DNA from: Chara braunii
Lineage: Eukaryota; Plantae; Charophyceae
Length of the DNA stretch: 63,386 bases
Reading direction: 5' to 3'
NCBI GenBank assembly: GCA_003427395.1
Contig: BFEA01000026.1
Span: 120,706 to 184,091, forward strand
Shown here: positions 46,814 through 60,716 of the stretch, in pieces
Position numbering within the stretch: the stretch's first letter is position 1
Layout: the number at the start of each line of letters is the position of its first letter
Notes under the pieces: model-generated
Databases searched by the model: none
Told to the model about the DNA's origin: nothing
Seen by the model: only the letters and a program-made list of their open reading frames with translations
Program-made: the position numbers and the translations under genes

Positions 46814-49800
46814 GAGTGCGCCTCGTAAGTTGGAATATCATAGGACTTTGCGATATCCCTGATAAACAAAAATGTTACAATTGTCTGACTAGGTTGACTC
46901 GAGACATATTCATAATTATAAAAGAGAGTAAATGTGATTGACTTTTAGTTTCAAAAAGGTGTTTGTTGAAGAAAATTTCATAGGTCGTATCACCCTTTTC
47001 CATAGAGGCTTTCATGCAAAATGATTGCAGCGAAGAATTAACTTTCAACATAACACTTCGTTGACGGGTAAGGTAAAAATATTTTATACTCAAAATGTGC
47101 AGTTCTTGTGCATGCAAGAAACCAATATGATTACAAAAAAATACATGAAGCTCGTCAGTGGTCGTCGGGATCTCAGTTTTGGTCCACACCAGTTGGGACC
47201 ATAGTAGGGATGACGATTTTAATCCACAAAGACCTGGATTGTGATATATTTTATTCCTATATCGACGGAGGTGCAATAACCAACTTTTTTATAGCTTGCA
47301 TGGTTGGATCCCAAACACTGAGAACTTAGCGATCTTTAGCAACCCCATTGAGGTTAGACAACTCCCTGTTGTCGTTCTTTTTGGAGTCGCAGAGCCTGAT
47401 TAACACATACAGAGTTATGAATCTAGATGAGCGTGGTTTCATGTGATATGGTCCGTGTTGAGTTGATCCGTTCCTACAACCTAAGCATCGCCTAAACTTT
47501 ATAGTGACAAATGGGGTATTGTGGGACAAATGTATTTATGTTGATTTTCAGGTTGCAACACTGTCATATCACAACCCAGTGATCATTGACATCCTGGCCA
47601 AAAACTTCATTAAAAAAAATTGCACCCCATTCATAATAAATCTCAACAATGTGAAAAATAAGGAGATACCCCAATGGTTACGCAGGCAGATTGCATCCTA
47701 GATGGATGCAAAAAAACTGTTTGAATCAGAAGAACAATGAACCACGACTTGGATTAGAATTGTTAGAGAAACACTTATTGTACTTTCTTATATGAAAGTC
47801 ACGAGCATGGGGTAAAAAAAGATCAAAGCTCAAAAGGCGATTGAGGAGACCGAAACCCCGGATTGGCAAGGACCCATTTGCAAAGTACTATTGGGGTGGG
47901 GGAAAAAAAATTCATAGTTGTTGAAGGGTTAGAGTTTTAGAGGCAGGAAAACTTGTTAGAATGACTTAAACCAAGGGAGATTGTTGACTACAACCGTATT
48001 GCTAAGACAACATTTAGGTCTTCAATTATTGGACGGACCAAACCGCTAGTCAGAGAGTTGGTGCACCCTTTCTACATTCAAACATTTGTGGCATCTGATA
48101 CTCTCACCATTTGCTCTTTCGTCTTGGAATACTTTCTAGATATTATCACAACAAGACGCCCCTTTGACTACTTAGACACATATTTGTGTTTGGGTTCCCA
48201 GTACTGGGATAAAACCAAAATTTACATTAATATTACTGTAAAATATTTGTTGGATTCTTTTCTCACAGAGAGAGAGCTGCACGCGGCGATTAAATAGGTG
48301 ACACTTGGGCAGTGTCCAGGCTTGGACGGTCTTCCGGTGGAAATCTATTTAGTACATGGGATGTTTTTGCTCAATTTCTATGTCCTATCTTTTATACGAT
48401 ATTAGTTACTAGTACCCTCTCACAGAGTAGGGAGACAAGAGAGAAGTTTGCAACTATAAACTGATCTCTGTATTAAATGTTGACTACAATATATTGGTGA
48501 AGACCCTAACAATCCATCTCGAGACAATACTTTCTCAGCTGGTGGGCTGGGAACAAGGGGCTTTTATAAAGGGATATTCAATTTTGGAAAACATACAACG
48601 GTATAGGCATTGGAAATGATTGAATCAGAAAAAAAACAAATGTGGTCATGTTTGTGTTAGATATGGAAAAAACCTCCAACAAGGTCGGTTAGGCATCACC
48701 TTGGTTAAAATAGGCTTCGGCCCTGACTTTTCCGATTGGATTAGAGCCATGTATGTTAAAGCTACCGCAGTGGTCACGGTGAATGGTCAACTTTCGAAAG
48801 AGTTTCACTTGACTCGTTCCCTGCGTTAATGGTGCCAATTGCCCCCTTCGTTGTTGGTTTGACGGTTAAAGGTGTTATTGGATAACATTAGACATAATGA
48901 AAGTATTAAGGGATTGAAACTTAACCCTTCCCTCTATTGAAAGGGGAAGAATCTTGCCGACGACCTCACAGTCACTTGTGAGAATGCCTTTTCCTCCCTA
49001 TAGGAACTTTCGATCCTTTGGTTTCTGATATCAATATGTCCGCTAGCAAGTGACGGCTACACGAACAGAAAACGGGTTGCCACCAGGTACCTGTGGAAGC
49101 CCTCGACTGATGAAGATAAGGGTTTCATGGATAAAATGGTGTGGGAAGCGGTTAACCAGCCACGCTCTGGAGGGGGTTTGGGGATTTTGGACCCATAAGT
49201 TCAAAATCTGTTTTTTTAGCCATGTTGATAATTTAGGGTACGTTTGATGACCCTTCTAAATTGTGGATTCGACTTGTAGAGTTTATATTGGGTTCTGAGT
49301 AGTCTTAAAAAAAATGAGTCAGGCCTTACTGTGTTGTTTCCTACCTTTCTTCAGCAAGAGGAAGATTAAATCCAAAGTCCGGCACGACTAATCTTCGCTA
49401 GAAAAAAACTAAGACCGTTTAATATTAAAGAGCCGAGAACTAGGATGAAATAGCAATACCTGTTTGACAATCCACTTATTTGCCTTCCCACAAAGGAACG
49501 TTTTTTGGTAGGAGACGACACATGTAGTTTTTGGCGTGCTTGGGTATAGAAAAGGGTGGTTCCCGTTAAATACTTGTGGGATGAGGAGGCCGACAGTTGA
49601 ATAATGACAGAGAAAGCACTTCATGCTCCCCCGATTGCATAATGTTTATGACAACCTAGCAACTTTAATTGTTGCCCTACTAGTCTGTAACCTTTAAAAA
49701 CACAATAAAAAATGCAGGGGAGACATGGTTGAGATTAGACGAGGACTCATTCTGTGTTTGGAAAGTCATTGGGTCAAACTTGGTTGCGTGCGTATGGGTG

Positions 49801-51158
49801 GAGGAATGGAAACTGTGAAACATTAGACATCGAGAAGACCCATTTACCAAAGGTAAAGGAGAAGGCGGTTAGTGAAACGCTGGACCTAAGAGAAGTCAGA
49901 GTACAACTGGGTGACAGAAAGGCGTCCCTTCTGAGTAATGCTGATCAGTTTCGTATAGAGGCTCTGTTGTTGGGTGAGAAGGATGAAAGGTTTGGTGTGA
50001 GACATACAAAAGAGACTCCTTTCGTTCATTACAAGGTAAAGACTGTCACGAGTTTCATATATGCCTAGACGACTCTCACTCCTACAAGCTTAGCCTCCAC
50101 CCAGTTTTTAAGGCTAAAGGGACAAAAGACAAGCCAACCTGCGTGATCCCTTACTATAACGAGCTATTCAACGAAATCCTTCACAGAGAGCAACGAGCCC
50201 GCTATGGTTGCAATCAACACAAATGGTGTCCACCACTCAATGGTTGGCAAGCAGAGGAATGAAAATTTCGATTAGCTACTCCCAATATGACTGGGGTTGG
50301 GAATCAAATGCTCACCTCTGGGTTCACTACCCATTGTCCGATGAACTTTGGGTCTGGTGGGCTAAATATTGAAAAATAATTGTCAATAACCGCTTTGAGT
50401 GGAATGATGACTGAGTTTTATTTGGGATTTTTTCATAACCTGACTTTACATACTCCGACGACTAGGGTTATATTTCTTTGGTCTGCAAATGCGCGGTCAT
50501 GCAGAAAATTTTGAGGGCAAGGAATGCACCGGTCTTCAAAGGAAAGAAGTTGAACCTTCAACAATCACAAAATAAAATTTGCAAAAGCATTAGACTTATG
50601 GTACTGGCAAACTGAAAGAAAGTTCCAATCGACTGGGTAGAGGTCGACATTCGTTTTTTAAGACATGCGCCCGCGACAACCAGATGGGAACGGTTTCAAT
50701 GGAAGGAAAGTTTGTGATAGCCAAGTGGTTGAAGCCCCCTTAAACAAAATCAATATTGTGGTTCGGGGCACTGTTTGTGACCCCAAAAGTTAAATTTTCA
50801 TGCCTTATTAGTTTTAATAATTTTAGTTTTTTTTAAAAGTAATCTGGTAGGAGATGGGACACTGAGTCCGATTTTGGTTCTGTTAAAAAGTTGTGTTCAT
50901 AAGTGAAACTGACTAATGTTGCTCGAACTATCCAAGTCCAATTGTGAGGTTCCCGACCTTGATCCTATGATTTTATAATAAAACTTTCAATGCTTTCAAA
51001 AAGGGGTACCCATTATAGTACTATCTAGAAACACTGGAAAGCCAGTTCTGTGGGAGTTCATGATACAGTGTTATATATGTTTTTATCAACTCCGAGAACG
51101 TGTTCACAAAGGGGTAGTACTTAGAGCAGGGCTCTTCTTGATTAGACCTTGGTATCAA

Positions 51159-51226
51159 GCGTGGTAGTTCAAATGGTTAGAGTTATGTTGCAACAAGGAG
51201 GTAGTGGGTTAGACTTTAGTCGGACC
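51159..51226 (+). mobile_element. Possible degenerate tRNA-derived SINE head
   Basis: A-box-like GGTAGTTCAAATGGTTAGAG and B-box-like GGTAGTGGGTTAGACT at roughly tRNA-like spacing; does not fold into a complete cloverleaf. Confidence 0.3.
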
Positions 51227-51789
51227 TCAACCTCCCCAAAGTACAGTTTGTGTTAGTTTGACACCCAATGTACTAGCATAGGATTGATGAGGGGTAGGAG
51301 AAGATGCTACGACTAGTCAATCACGAAGGAGGGGTGATTGGGCGAAGGGGTGGGATGTGACCCTCTTATCGGCATAGGGGGATATCACCGTCTGGGGATA
51401 GGTTGATGGGTGGTGAGTGGCTACTCGGATGGACAGTCATGCCCCGAGTAGTTTGGTAGGTCGGAGAGCCTAGTAATTCTCAGTCATGATAGTTATACAA
51501 CACCATAGTGGGGTGGTAGTTTACTGTCTGACGAGGGGGCGCAAAGGACGCAACCTAAGGGCAACTTACTGCGCAAAGAACACAACCTAAAGGCCTATGT
51601 GCTTTTTTTTCTTTTCCTTGAGAGCGAGAGTGAACGTGCTAGAAACATGTGCCCCATCCCCTCTCTACGGATAACTACATTTTTCTCCAACTCATCACTG
51701 AATGTGTAGATACTTAAGCTTCAGGCGGCGTCGTATTTGTTGTTCTCACTGGACAGGGCAGCCACATGTCACACCCACCATCATCATCT

Positions 51790-52620
51790 CAAGCTTGCAA
51801 TATGATGGAGAAGGAGGAGAAAGGGAGACGCGTTGACCTATTAGAGGGGAGGTTATGATGGAAAATGACGATTAAAAACTCAAGACGATGATTAGGATGT
51901 GTTATGAGGAAGGGGTGATACCTTTGGATATCAATCTCGGGGAGACGTGGATAGAAGGGAGAAAGGTCAGGTTTAAGGTGAACGTATCAATAAAGCAGGG
52001 TAAAATCAATTGGTTCAACGAGCATACGATTACTGTCTTTTTTTAGAGGCGGTGCTTGTTTCCTCCCAAGTAAGGCGAAAAATGATATTGTAAGAACTTA
52101 TTAAGACAATCAAATTCAAGTTGGTAGTTTCGAAGTGGGGAGTTTTCGACGAGGGCGAGTGAAGGTTGGAATTCTAAACGTCGTATCGTTTATTCCCAAG
52201 AGTGTTACGATTACGCAATGGTTGATTATTAAAAGAGAAGGCCTTCTAATAAACTATGTATAGGCTTGAGTTCAAACCGTGCCTAACTAACGCTCAATTG
52301 AGAGAACAAAGAATAACTGAAGACGAATTTACATTTTGGCTCGTGGCGGTCAAAGTACCACTGGGAGCCATGTTATTTCTTGAGAAGAAATACATGTCAC
52401 TAACTATAAGGACCATTTGACCCGTCCTGCTGCATCATCCTACGAAATCTAATAGACTGAAGTCGTCATTGGTAAACACGAGATTCGACATCGATCCGGA
52501 GTGCAAAGATAACATGAAAGACAAACTATCTGTTAAAATATCAGAGGGAGATTAACTTAGAGTTAGTCTTGCCTCGTCAGACACCCCAAGGTGTAGATGA
52601 TGCAGAGTTTTCTTCCATTC
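51790..52620 (+). pseudogene. Degenerate LINE ORF1-like fragment
   Basis: Frameshifted pieces read RRGRVKVGILNVVSF, LEFKPCLTNAQLREQR, FTFWLVAVKVPL and SLVNTRFDIDP, similar in style to the ORF1 remnant near 43600. Recognition only. Confidence 0.5.
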
Positions 52621-55600
52621 CGAGTCTGAATGCAAAATAGGTCAGCGTCAAAGGAACCTCTCAACTCAAGATCACTCAGGCGGTCAATGCTCCTCATGGA
52701 GTGGAAATAAACCCTTGTTTCTCCCGTAATATCAAGGTTCAATGGGACAACCAGCATGTCCATCCCTGTTTGGAATCTCAAGGGTAGATCAACTTCTAGG
52801 ACAGGGGTTCCCGCTATACACGAGATTGCCATTCAACCCCGCTTTTTTGCCAATGATGGAATTCAAATTAGGTAGTATTCCTCCACAATATTCACTGCCT
52901 ATCTAGGGTGGTATGGGGGATCCTCCCCCCGCGTATCCCCATTCTCTCTAGCATGCATTTCAAAGAGTGATGTGTGCGTGGTGTGTGGGATCCGTCCTAA
53001 TCGACCGACGATGAGTCGCGCTTGGGACCTCAGCCCCCCAAGGCGTCGGTTCTCGTACGGGTCCAATAGAGGCGTAAAACTGCGTGTACCCCCTATGCTA
53101 CAGCGTACGAGAAACGCTCTCGGCTGGTCCACCTCTGCGATTGCAACTGATTAGTTTTCGTACTGTGGACTGATAGCTCAGCGGGGATACGCCCACTGAA
53201 GGGAGGTGACAACTCCCTCAAGGTGAAGGTAAGTCGTACCTCGCGTAGGCCCTATCCTATCGTAGGGGCTCGCGAGAGGTATGACTGACGCACTTGGCCG
53301 GAGCGACTTGTGGAAACTCCATGTGTATTCTCGACAAGGATTAAGACCAACTCTAGCGTGACGCGGCCGAGAGGGTCCCGCCCCGTTTTGAGCCGTGCTG
53401 GACCGATGCGCTCGACACCGTACATATATTACCTGTACGTTTCGTAAAGAAAGGCCCCGTACGTGTAGTCTATGCAACGTAGGTTTTATTCCTCTTTGAG
53501 AATGACTATATTTCTCCACCTCTTATAAAGGTCTTTGTGCAACTACTTAACCTTCATCTTTTCACACAGTCCATGCATGGTCGTATTTTTTGACAACGCA
53601 AAATACACTAGTTTTTCCTTTCACATCCTAATATGCATACCCTTTCAAACTTTTTGCGCAATCTATCACCCATTTCTGCCTCACTGCACTTGTACTCAAC
53701 CACAAAATAGTGCAAACGTATCTTTTCACTGTGAAAACACCAATCGCATAGAATAAATATATTAATAAGTCTTCAGGCTTCGGGCGAACCCGCAGATAAT
53801 GCTTTCGAGCCTTCCGTAATAGTTAACAATATGTGCAACACATATGACAAACATGATAGGTAAAACTTCAATAAACATGCATTAAGCATGGTAATTCTCC
53901 ACACTATCTCCACCTTCGCGCCCTTGTTCATCTATTCCGTTAGGAAATTGTAAGCTATCACCACCACCGTTACCACATCCGCAAATTAAACACCCCTAAC
54001 AACCCCTATCATATCTACAAATTAAGTAAACCATGTGAGACAATGACCACAATGGAGTACTCGGTTGGCGATGCGAAAATGTATTTTGCATTAATCAATA
54101 CAATGGCGAAGTACGAATGCTTATCCCGTCGGGAACGCCGCCACTCCCCCCCCCCCCCTGCACACCAACACTGTCGATAGTGAAAAACGAAGGAAATATA
54201 CCATGCACATTTGGGTACATGTACGAAAGGCATGAAACTCATTGGTTATGATGATAACCACCCTCCACTACCTCTCCGTTAGTGTGCTGGGGCATTGGAC
54301 AACATAGTGGTTCCTTTGTTCCTTATGTCAGAATGCTCTGCAGTCGCCAGCATCTGCCTTAGTGTTGCAGACCGTCCAAGATGGACACTCCAAATATAAA
54401 CCCCATGCTGCAACAGTTGTATAAGCCCCTTAAGTATCAAAATGACCTGCAACATTTCTCTGTCCTCCACAGTGGGATGAACCGTGATTGCTAAACAATC
54501 ACTAAAATGCTCGCACCCATCTTAAGCACACGAAGTGGGGTACACCTACTTGCATTATTAAAGATGTCCGACTAAAATATAATCGAGAGAATATTGGTGC
54601 TGATTGGGCGCTCATTTTACGATATTGCAAATACTAATATTATCCAAAGTCGTTTTGTTTCTTTTGTCTTTTTTTTTTACTATGAAAACATCTAAATGAG
54701 ACCTATTGGCGGAGATGATAAGAGCATCCCCCTCTAACAGGACCCCAATAAAAGATTGTACCAATCTATTGGTAGGGAGTTGCACCAGTTGGAAACCGTG
54801 TTCAATGTCCCAATTTACAAAATGAGAGTCAAATATGAGCTGTAATTGTAGATCATGAGCAACACTGATTGCACTCGTGCGAGGGGATTAATTGCCATGC
54901 ATGTGTGGGTCCCAAGATGGATGGACCATCTAACTATTGTCCTTAGCCTACTGATGGTGAGGATCCTCCCCACCCCTGCCACATGGCAGAACCTCACAAT
55001 CTTACATGGGTAAGGCATGTAAGCAGCCAAAATTGCCCCATCTAGTCAAATGTATAACCTAATCAACGTACGTCAAATCGTATCCAATCAGACCGAATTA
55101 AAATTCAAAACAAGACAAACCAATTCATATATTATAGCCATTCCAATCATTCTAATCCAATCAGGTCAAATTACAGACGGGAAAACTCGGCCCGTTGCCA
55201 CCTTTCCCCTAGTGAAAAGTGTGCGCAGACAACGAGTAGATATGCAAGGGGAGGAAATCTAAGATAAGCGGGATCTTCCCTCCTCCCGCTGCCAGTTTGA
55301 GTTTGAATAGATTCAATAGAGTACATTCCATCGAGTCGCCTCGCCAACAAATAATGTCGGGGCAAACGAGTAGAAGATCAACCACCACTGCCATCAACAA
55401 AATATTACCCTTCCTCTCCCCTCCACGATGGTTGAATATCCTTCTCAAAATAAGCTCTAAGTTCGAGGCGCAGATTCTCCTCTTCCTCCGCACCTATCCC
55501 CAACTACCCCATCCCTTCTTTCCTCCCGCACTGTGTACCAATTATAGGCGAATTTCTCTAAAGCAATTGGCGGACAGACGTGACATCACATAAGGGCAGA

Positions 55601-56574
55601 AGGGAGGAAGAGCACGTGCCCGCACAGGAAGCTTGCACTAACCAAAAAAATAACCATCCAGTCGGATGGCAAGGGAGTATAAGCCTTGAAGGAGGATGTA
55701 TGCACTTACTCTCACCAGTCGAATAGAAGGAGCTGACGATCAACACTTCGTTATTTAAGCTAGTGATGGACACTGTTGTTGACAACCCATAGTTCAAAAC
55801 CGCAGTTAAGATGCTAAGTATAGGAGAAACGTCGTTGTTGGTGGAAACATTGTCGTTGCTGATATTGTTGGTGTGGAATATGTCGTCGTTGTTGTTGTCG
55901 GCGTCGTTTTTAATGGAAACAACAACGATGGTGTCATTGTTGTTGACATCGTTACCTATGGAAATGTTGTCGTTGTTGGTGTTGATCAAGATGATGTCGC
56001 TATCGTTGCTGAAAGTAACAATGGTGGCATTGTTGGTGGTAGTGATACATTCGACAAATGTAGTTAATGATGTTCTTACTTTTGTTATATCTGATGATCT
56101 TGAAATCACCGATTGAGTCGAAGATGCAGCCGTTGGTGTACTTGATGCCATCGTTGAAGGCGTTATCAATGTCCTAACTAATGTTGTTGTCGCCAGTGAC
56201 GAGGTTGCTGACCTGACCTCCCCCGATCACTTGGTCATCACTGCACCCTGTGCACAACCTCCAACTAGGAGCAGGAGATAGTCCCTCCAAAGAGCATTTG
56301 CCCGCTGCTAGTTTATATCCGGGTACAGCTCCAGTGTCGACCCCTCCTCAAAAGGTTCGATGACTTCCAGCATGTGTTGTATCATCACCTTCATCCATCC
56401 GACAGCCGAGGTTGCCCTCTAATCAACCTCGAGTCCGGGCAAGGGATAGGGAGGGAGGAGACACACCATAGCCCGCATCTTCTCCCGACCGTCATCTAGC
56501 ATGAGCAGTCAGGTATTGGCTTGCAGTTTCAACCCCTCTACGAAAGCCATCTCGTATCTATGAATGCCTCCCTG

Positions 56575-56900
56575 CACTCAAATATGATACTCGTATTATT
56601 GTATTTTATGAATTCAATTATAGGAATGAATTATAAAAATAGTAAAATACTAATATATCAATGAATTTTATATCTCATAGCATAATTCGGATTCATATGA
56701 AGATTTATTTATATATATAATGATAATCATAATATATATATATATATATATATTTTTTAATAGATCGATAAATCAAATATGATACTCGTATTATTGCTAT
56801 TTATGAATTCAATTGTATGAAATTGAAAAATAATAATATATCAATGAATTTTATACTTCATAGCATAATTCAGATTCATATGAAGATTTATTTATATGTA
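56575..56900. repeat. AT-rich tandem duplication (~195-bp period)
   Basis: TCAAATATGATACTCGTATTATTG...TAGCATAATTC(G/A)GATTCATATGAAGATTTATTTATAT occurs twice. Confidence 0.85.
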
Positions 56901-58251
56901 CTTCAAGTCACACACCCATATTACGAGCGTTTGTTGCCCGTCACCCACGTAAAAGTTTCTCACTCATTTGCACTCGACGAACTCCCCTCTCTGACGTGGT
57001 TTCTCCCCTTCTGGTGAGTAGTTACTTATCTTCCGCCACTGATCTTCAAAACGCAAGAATGCCTGTTGTATGCCAACCACAGGATGCCACCATCGTGACC
57101 TTCTCGTCCAGGCATCTCACGAGTCAAACCTTTGCCATCTTTCTTGTTTGACCTACCTTGTTGAACGATGGCGTTAACACATTTCGTCCTCCTCAACGTT
57201 ATCGAAGAATCGGGTCCTAAAATCGCCGGGTCCATCGGTCAGTTCCCTTCCCACTCGCTCGCGTTCTCCGTAGCGTTGTGCAGTGGACCCAATGCCTACG
57301 GGGAGGTAATGGTCAAATTTTCCTATATTATTAAAACATTTCACCATAACTGATTTCTTTTCAGACAATGAAGCTAGCCTTTTACTGTCGAAGAACTGCA
57401 CTGCTCCATGAGGCTCGTTGAGGTTTGCGTGGGGAGCTAGTGCCCAAAATGGTTTAAACTATTCTCCAAGATATCACCTTGAAATTTGCAAACAAAGCAG
57501 ATTCCTACCACCTGGCATTGGATAAACTTAACCCCTCGCATTGGGCTCTACATGATTTTTAAGACTTCACTGATGAAGCCCGAGGCTTATGCCTCTTCAA
57601 GCTTCCTCCTATATAATGTGTGACTGCACTATACAATGGGTTACATGCTTCACAACCATAGCAACTGGCATTCAAAACACGAACCTTATGTAGGGTAATG
57701 GAGCGATTTTGCACTCTCGTCGCTCCCCACGAATAGACCAAAGGCATCCAAAGGAGAGCCCAAACTTATGAGTGCATCAAGGACGATCTCAACAGTATGT
57801 AGTGACAAGAATAGTAAAATATTCTCCTACCTTCGGAGACGAACACGGACATGTTCGCCCAAACCCGAACAAGGACCCAAAACCCTCCGAACGCGAACAT
57901 AAAAAATATTTAAAAAAAAAAAAAAAAACATTCTAAAAAAAAACTAAACAAATATATGTTGTGTAAAATAACAATACAAAAACCTTTTGCCTTTGAGCCA
58001 TGTTCAAATTCGTAGCCAATCATAAGTTAAAAATTACAAACCGAAAAAATAATTTACGAAAAAAAAAATGTTCGCCCGAACAAGTTCCTGAGCTGTTCGT
58101 GCGAACGTGAAGGGGCACGAGCACGTTCGCCGTGCTATGCAGATATTCACATTTTGAAAACCTGACCCATCCAAAATCGCATTTTATGTTGGTTTCAAAA
58201 ACAGTTTGCAGGCATACGAAACCAACTTAACTTGGATGCTTTAAAGTTTAA

Positions 58252-58378
58252 ACTGCCAGTACTTTTCCCAAGCATTGCCCACGGGCCCTGTGCGCCGAGT
58301 TTTGGCGCCGGAGGCCGAGTGCAGCCTCCGTGTTAACCAGCGTGAAATGTCAAAATGGTTGGGAAAGGTACTGGTGGT
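58252..58378. mobile_element. 127-bp TIR element, ACCRCCAGTAC family, TTAA on both sides
   Basis: TTAA|ACTGCCAGTACTTTTCCCAA ... TTGGGAAAGGTACTGGTGGT|TTAA. Confidence 0.8.
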
Positions 58379-58899
58379 TTAAGAATCCAAGGATCCGAAC
58401 AAGAACTTTATTCGAACTAATTCACAAGAGGAAAATGAAAATTTTGATTTTTGAGCAGATCTCATTATTGAAAAAACAGCCAGGAGAATTGTCTGAAAGG
58501 AGATGTTAGTGATAAGGAGCAGGCTTGAGCAAGGCTTCAAGGGAAATCCTATGATTGACTAAATCCTTCTTCTTCATGGTCAAGCTATAATTATAGGTGA
58601 ACAACCATTGCCTTTATCAAACACCTGACAAATCAAAAACTTGAAGAACCTCTCAGTACAAATCTCCACTTATGCAACAATATGTAAAGGTTGCCAAATC
58701 AAAAACTCGAAGAACCTCTTGCTTGTAAAGGCTCTTTAGGTTGAAAACCTTAGGCAAACCTTAGAGCGGTGAATAGAAAGAATCTTTCATTTCCTCACAC
58801 CGCTGCGAGTGCACCTTGAGGACAAAGACGATCTGCAACCGGAGGTGCAACTCTCCATATTGGAGATCACAACCACCCTAGCATATTCGAAAAATGGTA

Positions 58900-59260
58900 A
58901 GGTATCACCTGCACCCGACAATTGATGGAATGTGAAAGGAGTTCTGACCGGGTCACCATTTGGGGCATCGCGGGACCTAACTTGGTAAACTTGTTTTCAT
59001 AAGTCTGTCTACGGGAAGAAAGATTATGAACTTCAAAAGACAATTAGCTAGGGAACCCTAATGCAATAAGGAGTGGCATTGATATAAACAATTACCATGT
59101 CATTGTCCTCTTGGTAAAGACATTAAACTCGTAACCAGACTGGCTGCTACGAGTCCTATCCAATGAGGTTTCGCGCATCTGCAGGCAGACGAAGTTCGGT
59201 GCAGTCATAATCTTGATTGACTTTTAGAAAGCGTTTGACCATGTGTACTGCATATTTCTT
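58900..59260 (+). pseudogene. Small LINE reverse transcriptase remnant
   Basis: AVIILIDF*KAFDHVY at ~59200-59250 is an RT motif-A-like sequence. Confidence 0.5.
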
Positions 59261-60062
59261 GATAGTTATATACTATATAGTCAAAATAAATATATAAAAC
59301 TGTTTCAGAAAATGGGTGAGTTGTTTTCATCATTCGGCATCAAAAGAGGCAATTCATTCATGAATACCTACCTTTGGATTGTCAGTTGCAGCGCTCAGTA
59401 AGACGAAGTGACCTAAAGAAAAACACACACACAAAAAAGGCAAACCCACGAAATGACCTCGGTAACCCACTATCATTTGTCACTGTAATGAAAGCCCGTC
59501 TCGTTGCAAGTAAATCTCAGACCAAATAGGAGCCCTACGAGGAGGATCGCTGACTTCCTGACCAAGCCATGACTTAACAATCCTAATGAAGGCACCCCGA
59601 CAGAACACAATTGTCATCAACAACATAATGGAACCCAGGTTTCCCCTGTTGTCCAATACGTCGGGAAGATGGGGGGTACGCGGACTCGAAATTGACGGGG
59701 TTGTGAATGCAAAATGGACGCCCGCCCGAGACGACGAGGATTCAGTGGACCCCCCCCCGAGCGTCGAATTCTGGCCACCGCTATGCCTCTAGGACATTCT
59801 GCGGCTGTCCTCGTCCGAGCTGGAGAGGGGAACAGACCCTATTTTTTGGTTCAAGCGGGACCACATGATAACGTGGTTTTGGGTTCAATACGATACGAAG
59901 GAATAGTCAGCCCCCCCCCACCACCACCAAAAAAAAACAATAAGGGGCTGAAATCTTTGAAAAGATCACCCTCCTCTTCCCTTCAGAAGAAAAATCAACC
60001 ATAAGGACGACCACACCATTTGTCGAGTAGTTTCGTCAACCCTTACTCAGCCAAGGTTCAGA

Positions 60063-60172
60063 AGGGAAAATTTCATTGAGGGAAATTTCTTTAAGGGAAA
60101 TTTCATTGAGGGAAATTTCATTAAGGAAAATTTCATTGAGGTAAATTTCATTAAGGGAAATTTCATTGAGGG
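60063..60172. repeat. 15-bp tandem repeat, ~7 copies (AGGGAAATTTCATT(G/A))
   Basis: Directly visible; produces the LNEIS repeats in ORF 60036..60218. Confidence 0.95.
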
Positions 60173-60668
60173 ATTCCGGTATAAAGACAGTAGCCCTCCG
60201 AGTCAGCTTGGTGATCACACTCGCTCTTAGCCGATTGGCTTACCCCTTGCTGATGATCATGAAAGACACCTGGGGCCCATCACAACCTCCACTATCAATC
60301 CAATTTTCTGTCTTGCAGGTCAAACATAGGCGCTCTAAAGGACAAACGCCGGTGTCATAGAGTCCTTGGACAACAAAACTCTCAAAGTTGTGCCTTAAAC
60401 CACCAGTACCTCGGCCAACCATTTTTGTTTTGGTTGCGGCTCGCTAACGACTGCAACTTTACGGGGTCGGTCATTGTACTACCGGTACGATAAAAAAAAA
60501 AAAAAAAAAAGGTTTGAAAACAGACATATCACTAAAAAAGAAAAAAGAAAAAAAAAATGAACTTAAAACGAGGGCACGGATCGTGTGGGGGTTGCCCCCG
60601 CGAATGGGCAAAAAGAGAATAAATCTTTGCACGGAAGGTGAGAAGATTCATTCCCGTTTTGCAACGTT

Positions 60669-60716
<48 letters not shown>

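Larger units (their letters stand above)
43300..50830 (+). mobile_element. Highly degenerate L1-like LINE (ORF1, endonuclease, RT, C-terminal)
   Basis: ORF1-like pieces at 43330-43980; endonuclease start SWNIIGL at ~46828; CPGLDGLPVE at ~48312; VTVNGQLSKEFHLTRSLR at ~48775-48826; LADDL at ~48954. Riddled with stops, and the boundaries are approximate. Confidence 0.75.

Noticed and set aside
51150-51160. tRNA-Met primer-binding site (TGGTATCAAGC)
   Set aside because: Imperfect, and not preceded by an identifiable LTR ending in CA.
51159-51226. Functional tRNA gene
   Set aside because: The B box is mutated and there are no complete acceptor or anticodon stems; kept only as a weak SINE candidate.
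57835-58139. hAT-like MITE ending GTTCGCCGTGCTATG with CCGAAC subrepeats
   Set aside because: Only one terminus is visible and no TSD, so it cannot be delimited.
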